Assembly: GCA_050179135.1 (NCBI GenBank)
Contig: JBFXFK010000003.1
Coordinates: forward strand, 4,948-68,479
Source: Desulfatirhabdiaceae bacterium
GTDB taxonomy: Bacteria > Desulfobacterota > Desulfobacteria > Desulfobacterales > Desulfatirhabdiaceae
Length of the DNA stretch: 63,532 bases
Direction of reading: 5' to 3'
The notes under the pieces were generated by a model. The model ran no database searches. It saw only the letters and a program-made list of their open reading frames with translations, and was not told the origin of the DNA. Positions 58,617-63,532 of the stretch are shown here, piece after piece. Each line of letters opens with the position of its first letter. The first letter of the stretch is position 1. The translations under genes were made by a program, and so were the position numbers.

Positions 58617-58779
58617 TTAGGCTGTCGGAAATAAATAAATCCACATCTTGCTTGTCTTTTGGCCTGTCTGCTGCGTTACATCCACCGACACATACCCCGA
58701 TATGCACCGGCGGATGTGCCTTGCAGACGAACCAAAATCCGTCGCAATCCAGTGGATTTATTTATTTCCGACAGCCTAA
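58617..58779. repeat. Perfect 28-bp inverted repeat enclosing 107 bp that is itself imperfectly palindromic (163-nt hairpin potential)
   Basis: ttaggctgtcggaaataaataaatccac (58617-58644) and gtggatttatttatttccgacagcctaa (58752-58779), checked base by base. Confidence 0.9.
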
Positions 58780-59000
58780 ATAAAATTTTCACGGTTCCTG
58801 AAAACCTATCCAATTGCCTCATGATGATCCGGATTTTGAATAGATTATATTTTCATGTATGTCATTTTGTCGCGACAATCAACATCAATGTCGGACAATG
58901 TGCCGAATGGATTTTATGGCAGGATGTCATAAAACCCAACCAATAATAAAAAGCATGTATTATCAGATGGATAAAAAATGACCGTCCGATTGATAAATCA

Positions 59001-59016
59001 TGGCACGATATTTGGA
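59001..59016 (+). promoter_or_regulatory. Candidate sigma-54 (-24/-12) promoter
   Basis: TGGCACGatatTTGGA versus consensus TGGCACG-N4-TTGCW: correct spacing, one mismatch at the -12 C. It lies 69 nt upstream of the 59085 ATG and is divergent from the bEBP gene. Confidence 0.4.
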
Positions 59017-59084
59017 TTGCCTGTTTCCAAGATCTGTCGGACGGCATGAACAATCCCTGAACAATTAGACAAAAGGAGACTCTG

Positions 59085-59474
59085 ATGAACATTGCATCGT
59101 TTGATCCCGAGAATGCGTTACACAAAGACAGTCAGTCCATTCAACCCGATGATGTCAACCGGGTCATCGATCATGCGGGTGACATCTGGAACAAATTCAA
59201 AGCCAGCAGGCCCCTGAAACGCTTTATCAATGATGCCGGAAACATGATTTCACTGGTGCGGGACTACTGGAACGGGACATATCGGGATACGCCGGCCTAT
59301 GTCTTTTACGCCATTGTGGCCGCGTTGCTGTATGTGTTCAACCCCGCAGACTTTTTGCCGGATTTCATTCCGTTTGTCGGTCTGATCGATGATGCCATGA
59401 TCATTGCGGCCTGCCTGATGGTTGCGGAAAAAGACATCGAGAAATACATGGCATGGAAAAAGGCTGAAGGATGA
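59085..59474 (+). CDS. DUF1232 (YkvA-like) membrane protein
   Basis: RBS aaggag. YVFYAIVAALLYVFNPADFLPDFIPFVGLIDDAMIIAACL is the family hallmark. Confidence 0.8.
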   Translation: MNIASFDPENALHKDSQSIQPDDVNRVIDHAGDIWNKFKASRPLKRFINDAGNMISLVRDYWNGTYRDTPAYVFYAIVAALLYVFNPADFLPDFIPFVGLIDDAMIIAACLMVAEKDIEKYMAWKKAEG

Positions 59475-59647
59475 AGGCGGAAGGATGAAGGATGAAGGAT
59501 GAAATGGCCGCCTTTTCGCCCTCTGGAGTGTCAAAATGAAATTTTGACATAAAGCCAAAAACGCCGACAGCCAAAACGCCTGAAAGCGGACTGACCACTG
59601 ATCACTAACCACTGACCACAGATTATAACGGTAAACGGAGCAAACCA

Positions 59648-59863
59648 ATGAACATTCTACAAGGCTTCAAATACGGCAACAATACCGGAAAACTGATCGT
59701 CAATGACGTCAATGAGCTGGAATATCAGGGAGATTTGTCCCTGTGCGATGCCGCCAAAATTTCAAATCTTTATCTGGCAAAAGTGGCGGAATGCACCTAT
59801 CAGATGATCGATTCCATTTCGGCCGCCATGTTCAAGGATGAAACCAATCCACCCATTCAGTGA
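59648..59863 (+). CDS. Hypothetical 71-aa soluble protein
   Basis: ORF with acggag upstream, same strand as its neighbours. No motif recognised. Confidence 0.4.
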   Translation: MNILQGFKYGNNTGKLIVNDVNELEYQGDLSLCDAAKISNLYLAKVAECTYQMIDSISAAMFKDETNPPIQ

Positions 59864-59875
59864 AAGGAATGGCCC

Positions 59876-60190
59876 ATGCCAAAAACAACATGTCTGGCAA
59901 TTTGTCTGGTTCTGTCCATGACCGGATGCACCCACATGCAAAAGGCGGCTGGCGTTGGCGCAGCGGTGGGTGCAACCATCGGCCAGGTGGCCTGGCACAC
60001 CACCAATGCCACATTGATTGGCGCCGGCGTCGGTGCATTGATTGGAATCGTATCCGAAGCCGACAAATCCGACCCGGGAAAAACCCGGTGCCATAAAATA
60101 ACGACTCGAACATACAACCCGGACGGTTCGATCCGATCCGAAAAAATTACCGAGCGATGTGATGGCAAAATTACCTATAGGGGATACTGA
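59876..60190 (+). CDS. Glycine-zipper lipoprotein
   Basis: Lipobox-like LSMTGC. AAGVGAAVGATIGQ...LIGAGVGALIGIV. Confidence 0.65.
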   Translation: MPKTTCLAICLVLSMTGCTHMQKAAGVGAAVGATIGQVAWHTTNATLIGAGVGALIGIVSEADKSDPGKTRCHKITTRTYNPDGSIRSEKITERCDGKITYRGY

Positions 60191-60427
60191 CGACATAGGC
60201 ATTGTCGCAAAAACGGGAACCAATTATACGGATACGGCTAAAAAGACAATTTTTTCCATATGTTGAACAGATATTTTTCTCTTGTAAAACAGATTGAACT
60301 TTAATATGGAAGCAATGCTTTCCATGCTTCTCGCGTTCAAAAAGCGTCCATCTCAGAGGCACCGGGGACACAGGAAATACTTTTTGTTTCTGCACACGCT
60401 GCATCTTTTTGGTGAGATTGCTTTTGC

Positions 60428-60532
60428 TATAGCTTTTAAGATAATGATTTTGGGAAGGCAGCAGGGAGGGGATAGGCCTGTAGGCCATCCCCGACCGATA
60501 ACGCACCCAAAATCTTTATCTTGAAAGCTATA
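60428..60532 (-). repeat. About 100-nt long-hairpin repeat element, copy 2 (inverted relative to 47444-47540)
   Basis: The reverse complement reads agataaagattttgggtgcgttatcggtcggggatggcctacaggcctatcccctccctgctgccttcccaaaatcattatct. Confidence 0.85.
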
Positions 60533-60620
60533 TTTGGTCCAAATGACGATCAAAACTGTTTGCCGATATCTCGACGGTATCCGCATGGTTCGGTTTCCAT
60601 AACAGGGGGGATTTTCATTC

Positions 60621-61358
60621 ATGACGTTCATTGACCGGCTGAAAAACGTATCGGCTCACATTGACCAATCCATCCAGTCCAAACTTTCACCACACACAGA
60701 GATCATTCAAAAAATCCTCGAATCCGAATTCAACAGCGAATTCATTCAAAACCGGAAACTGTTCATCCCCGGGGATGTCATACGGGAAAAGATTGAAGAA
60801 AGTCTGGCCCATCAACCGGGGCTTCGTCTCAAGAACATCGAATTCAGGGAGGATTCCATATTTCTGATCGCATCATACCCCGTTGTAAAGATGCCGGTGG
60901 ATATCGTCGCCACGTTTCGAATCACGTCTTCATCCATCACAAAATCCAATCAGAAGATTGTGATTTCAGTCCTGGAACAGGCGTTCATTCCGGAAATACA
61001 CATCACGGATTTCCTGCTCAAAATGGCCAATTCCACCATCGATCGGGTGCTCAGGACCGGGCTTGGGGCAAACTTTCTGCTGCCGGAAAATATTACCTAT
61101 AACCAATCCACCCGGGAATACACCTGTGATCTGTCCGGTTTGGCGGTCATCCGCCAGTTGCTGGCGCCCCGGATATTGAACCGCTGCGTGCTGGATTTCA
61201 TTTCCCTGGATATAGCGCATCAGGCCGGCGGGTTGTTGATACAGGCGGTCTCTACAGATCTGGCCAATGACATTTCCAGGGGTGTGGTCGGTACGATTCG
61301 GAAAGGGGTTGATCTGTTGGGCTCGATGAAAAAATGCAATAAAGAGTTGAAAGACTGA
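60621..61358 (+). CDS. Hypothetical 245-aa protein, no recognisable motif
   Basis: Long ORF. The stop TGA lies inside a GACTGAAGG repeat. Confidence 0.5.
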   Translation: MTFIDRLKNVSAHIDQSIQSKLSPHTEIIQKILESEFNSEFIQNRKLFIPGDVIREKIEESLAHQPGLRLKNIEFREDSIFLIASYPVVKMPVDIVATFRITSSSITKSNQKIVISVLEQAFIPEIHITDFLLKMANSTIDRVLRTGLGANFLLPENITYNQSTREYTCDLSGLAVIRQLLAPRILNRCVLDFISLDIAHQAGGLLIQAVSTDLANDISRGVVGTIRKGVDLLGSMKKCNKELKD

Positions 61359-61460
61359 AGGCTGAAGACTGAAGGTGCGGCTTTGCAGCATTCAGGCTTT
61401 TTTAACCGCGAAATACACGAAACGCGCGAAAAATTGATCTGCACAGGAAAGGAAACAGGC

Positions 61461-61988
61461 ATGAAAGACGGTCAGAGCGATTCACTTCAGGAACTGTTTG
61501 CTAATGTCAGCCAAGCGGTTGAATTGGCCAAAGAGTGGAAAGAAAAGAATTTTCAATCCGGACAACTTCCGGACATGATCAAAAAGCAGTTTGACAGGCT
61601 CTATCAGATACTGCCGACGTTTGGGGACGACGCCGATTTTCAGAATGCATTGCCGGTCTATCTGAACATCGCAAAATTTTTGAAGAATCGGCACAATTCG
61701 GACTTTTTGATCAGTCTGGGTACGGCCCTGTTTTTATGCCACAAAAAAGAGATCACGGATCTTGCGGAAATCGCACAAAAAGAGATTTTGAAAATGGCGG
61801 TGGATCACAAAAAGGCAGATCCATACCAGCGTGAGACCCGGATTTATTACAATCGGGACGGCAGCCCCACAGAATACTGTGTCAAGGAATCCATCAGCCG
61901 GGATGACCTGATATCCGATGTGCGGGAAGAATTTCTCAGGACAGACAGTGAAACGGTCAGTATCAAACTTTTTCCGGCGGAGGGGTAA
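61461..61988 (+). CDS. Hypothetical 176-aa protein
   Basis: ATG 61461 after ggaaaggaaacagg. No motif recognised. Confidence 0.5.
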   Translation: MKDGQSDSLQELFANVSQAVELAKEWKEKNFQSGQLPDMIKKQFDRLYQILPTFGDDADFQNALPVYLNIAKFLKNRHNSDFLISLGTALFLCHKKEITDLAEIAQKEILKMAVDHKKADPYQRETRIYYNRDGSPTEYCVKESISRDDLISDVREEFLRTDSETVSIKLFPAEG

Positions 61989-61993
61989 CACAC

Positions 61994-62485
61994 ATGGGCT
62001 CAGATGATTTTACAGGATTGATTGTCGGGCTGTTGTCAATGGTCGCAACGGTAGCCATTACGTTCTGGAATCAGATCATGGACTGGTCCGGAAAAGTACT
62101 GTTTCCGTGGCTGGATCAGAATTTCAAGGAAATTTCTCACCTGGTCAAGGACGCCTTTATCTGGTTTGACAACAATGTGGCGGTTCCGGTCCGACAGATT
62201 ATCAAACAGGCCTGGCGGGAACTTCGGGAGCATCTCTTGAAACTGGCGGTTCAGTTTGAAAGGGAATCAACCAGTGAGTGGGTCAGACGGTGGTCGGGGT
62301 ATATCATCAAAAAGCTGGAGAGCGGGAAACTGGCTCCGGTAAAATTTGAAGCCGAGGAAGTGGTTTCCTGGGATGAGCTGCCGCCGGATGTGCGTCAGGA
62401 GTGGCTGAAAAAAGGGATGCCCAATCAGGCGTTGAATGTCACGGAACTGCGGGACAAACAGGTTGAAATGGATATGACGTATTGA
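61994..62485 (+). CDS. N-terminally anchored hypothetical protein, paralogue of 62649-63008
   Basis: TM GLIVGLLSMVATVAITFW. Shares FW.xI.D, WL.QN and .FD..V blocks with the next ORF. Confidence 0.5.
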   Translation: MGSDDFTGLIVGLLSMVATVAITFWNQIMDWSGKVLFPWLDQNFKEISHLVKDAFIWFDNNVAVPVRQIIKQAWRELREHLLKLAVQFERESTSEWVRRWSGYIIKKLESGKLAPVKFEAEEVVSWDELPPDVRQEWLKKGMPNQALNVTELRDKQVEMDMTY

Positions 62486-62519
62486 TGGGGGCTTTCGCGG
62501 TCATTTGATTTGAATTAAA

Positions 62520-62603
62520 AATTTTTAACCACGGAATACACGAAAGACACGGAAGAGGGTAGGTCAGGGTGCCGCGGTCCTTTGCGGCTCCCTGACACCA
62601 CGC
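62520..62603 (+). repeat. Intergenic element: TTTTTAACCACGGAATACAC motif plus a 13-bp-stem GC hairpin
   Basis: Hairpin gtcagggtgccgc (62563-62575) / gcggctccctgac (62584-62596). Repeated at 63025-63118. Confidence 0.8.
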
Positions 62604-62648
62604 AAACCGACTGATCGGCAGGCGTGAAAACGATATTGGGAACAAAAC

Positions 62649-63008
62649 ATGGACGATATCATTACATGTGTCATTGGCGGCATTGCCGCAATCGGCGCAA
62701 TCATTGCCGCCGCCTGGCTGGTTTCCAGATTTTGGGATGATATCCGGGATCATGTGGCAGCCTGGTTGCGGCAAAACAACATGCAGGAAAGCATGCTGAT
62801 GGATGTGATTGTGCGCTTTGATCAGACGGTCAGTAGGGTCAGAAGCCGGATATTTGCCAAAACCACCAAAACCGGCCAACAGAAGGTAATGGAAAAAATT
62901 CTGACAGATGAAGAGATAGCGGCGCTTCAGGAAAAGGAACCGGAGATATTTGCCAGATTGAAACAGTATGGCGCTGCTGAAAAGAACCTTCTTTATCTGT
63001 TTCAATAG
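62649..63008 (+). CDS. N-terminally anchored hypothetical protein, paralogue of 61994-62485
   Basis: TM IITCVIGGIAAIGAIIAAAWLV; FWDDIRDHVAAWLRQNN...VRFDQTV. Confidence 0.5.
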   Translation: MDDIITCVIGGIAAIGAIIAAAWLVSRFWDDIRDHVAAWLRQNNMQESMLMDVIVRFDQTVSRVRSRIFAKTTKTGQQKVMEKILTDEEIAALQEKEPEIFARLKQYGAAEKNLLYLFQ

Positions 63009-63024
63009 GGATCTGAAGGAAAAT

Positions 63025-63118
63025 AATTTTTAACCACGGAATACACAGAACACTCGAAAAGAGCAGGGAGCGGGTAGGTCAGGGTGCCGCGGCTTTTTGC
63101 GGCTCCCTGACACCATGC
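63025..63118 (+). repeat. Second copy of the TTTTTAACCACGGAATACAC + GC-hairpin element
   Basis: Hairpin 63078-63090 / 63099-63111. Same flanks (ggtaggtcagggtgccgcgg...gcggctccctgacacca). Confidence 0.8.
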
Positions 63119-63246
63119 TGAGAAGGTCGGGCTGAGGGCCAACTATTCATGAGTCCAAAATCGGGAATATGCCAGAATGCGGGAATGCGGCACATTCATC
63201 CTTCCGCCTTCATCCTTTTCCTTTTGCACGCAGGAGACAATCAAAA

Positions 63247-63532
63247 ATGGGAGTATGGAAAAACAGGATTCATCAGGACACCTCATCGCCGGAACCCCGG
63301 TCACCAGAGCCAGGCCCGTTGAAACCGGAAACACCGGAAATGAGTCGCATGGAAACCTTTGTTGTCGAACCGCCAATGCGAAATATGGATGAACTCATTG
63401 TTCCGTTGAATGTCAGAAAGCAGCTTGAAGCGGCCATGAACCGTATCCGCTACCATGAGGTTCTGTATGAAGACTGGAATCTGAAAAAAATTGATCCCTG
63501 CGGGCGCCGGGTGGCGGTCAATCTGTACGGCC
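63247..63532 (+). CDS. N-terminal part of an AAA+ ATPase (runs off the window)
   Basis: The open frame runs to the window end. DELIVPLNVRKQLEAAMNRIRYHEVLYEDWNLKKIDPCGRRVAVNLYG matches the segment that usually precedes the GPPGTGKT Walker A in CDC48-like stand-alone AAA proteins. Start could be 63247 or 63340. Confidence 0.55.
   Translation, partial: MGVWKNRIHQDTSSPEPRSPEPGPLKPETPEMSRMETFVVEPPMRNMDELIVPLNVRKQLEAAMNRIRYHEVLYEDWNLKKIDPCGRRVAVNLYG

Noticed and set aside
47444-60532. The inverted copies of the 100-nt hairpin repeat could mark a 13-kb composite mobile element.
   Set aside because: The interval contains ordinary chromosomal genes (glpK, MFS, Fe-S/cyt b, ECF sigma) and no transposase or recombinase. 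The repeat is itself palindromic and has a third copy elsewhere.
61398-63118. ORF-plus-structured-element units resembling integron cassettes with attC sites.
   Set aside because: No integrase is in the window. The elements start with TTTTAAC rather than a clean RYYYAAC core, and I found no matching GTTRRRY inverse core at their far ends. Only two copies are truly alike. Kept as a cassette-like observation only.
63177-63392. A 71-aa ORF overlapping the start of the AAA+ gene in another frame.
   Set aside because: Its N-terminal part is encoded by the heptamer repeat (ILPPSSFSF). The alternative frame gives a family-typical AAA+ N-terminal segment that stays open to the window end.

Overview
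This 63.5-kb chromosomal window looks like it comes from a sulfate-reducing Desulfobacterota (Desulfobacterales-type) genome. The organism call is inferred from gene content only.

The first ~53 kb is mostly core metabolism, repair and signalling:
- a complete dsrMKJOP operon (39.6-44.6 kb)
- acnA, lpxH, glpK plus an MFS transporter, uvrC, a UvrD-like helicase, rfbA, a dapA-family gene, rpsT, hsp20, djlA
- an RND efflux pair, a GlcD/GlcF-type FAD/Fe-S oxidoreductase and an acetyl-CoA hydrolase/transferase
- dense signal transduction: a CHASE2 hybrid kinase, a Che-like MCP/CheW/CheA cluster, several REC-PAS regulators, a REC-DUF4388-Roadblock protein with a kinase and a PAS sigma-54 activator, and an ECF sigma/ZAS anti-sigma pair

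Two things stand out.
1. Almost every longer intergenic spacer is filled with 7-8-bp tandem repeats or long palindromic elements. Some of these flank or derive from four-helix-bundle (23S rRNA IVS protein family) gene cassettes.
2. The last ~10 kb (53.9-63.5 kb) is an accessory region. It holds decayed genes (an HTH fragment and a PLD-helicase remnant), a MazG-like NTP pyrophosphohydrolase and a DUF4160/DUF2442 pair.

The best candidate for an undescribed system lies in that accessory region. A sigma-54 enhancer-binding protein with an unassignable N-terminal domain is transcribed divergently from a near-consensus -24/-12 promoter. Downstream is a same-strand array of eight ORFs, mostly uncharacterised small membrane, lipoprotein or soluble proteins, ending in an AAA+ ATPase cut by the window edge.

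No rRNA, tRNA or CRISPR array was seen. All family assignments come from reading motifs by eye; no database search was run.
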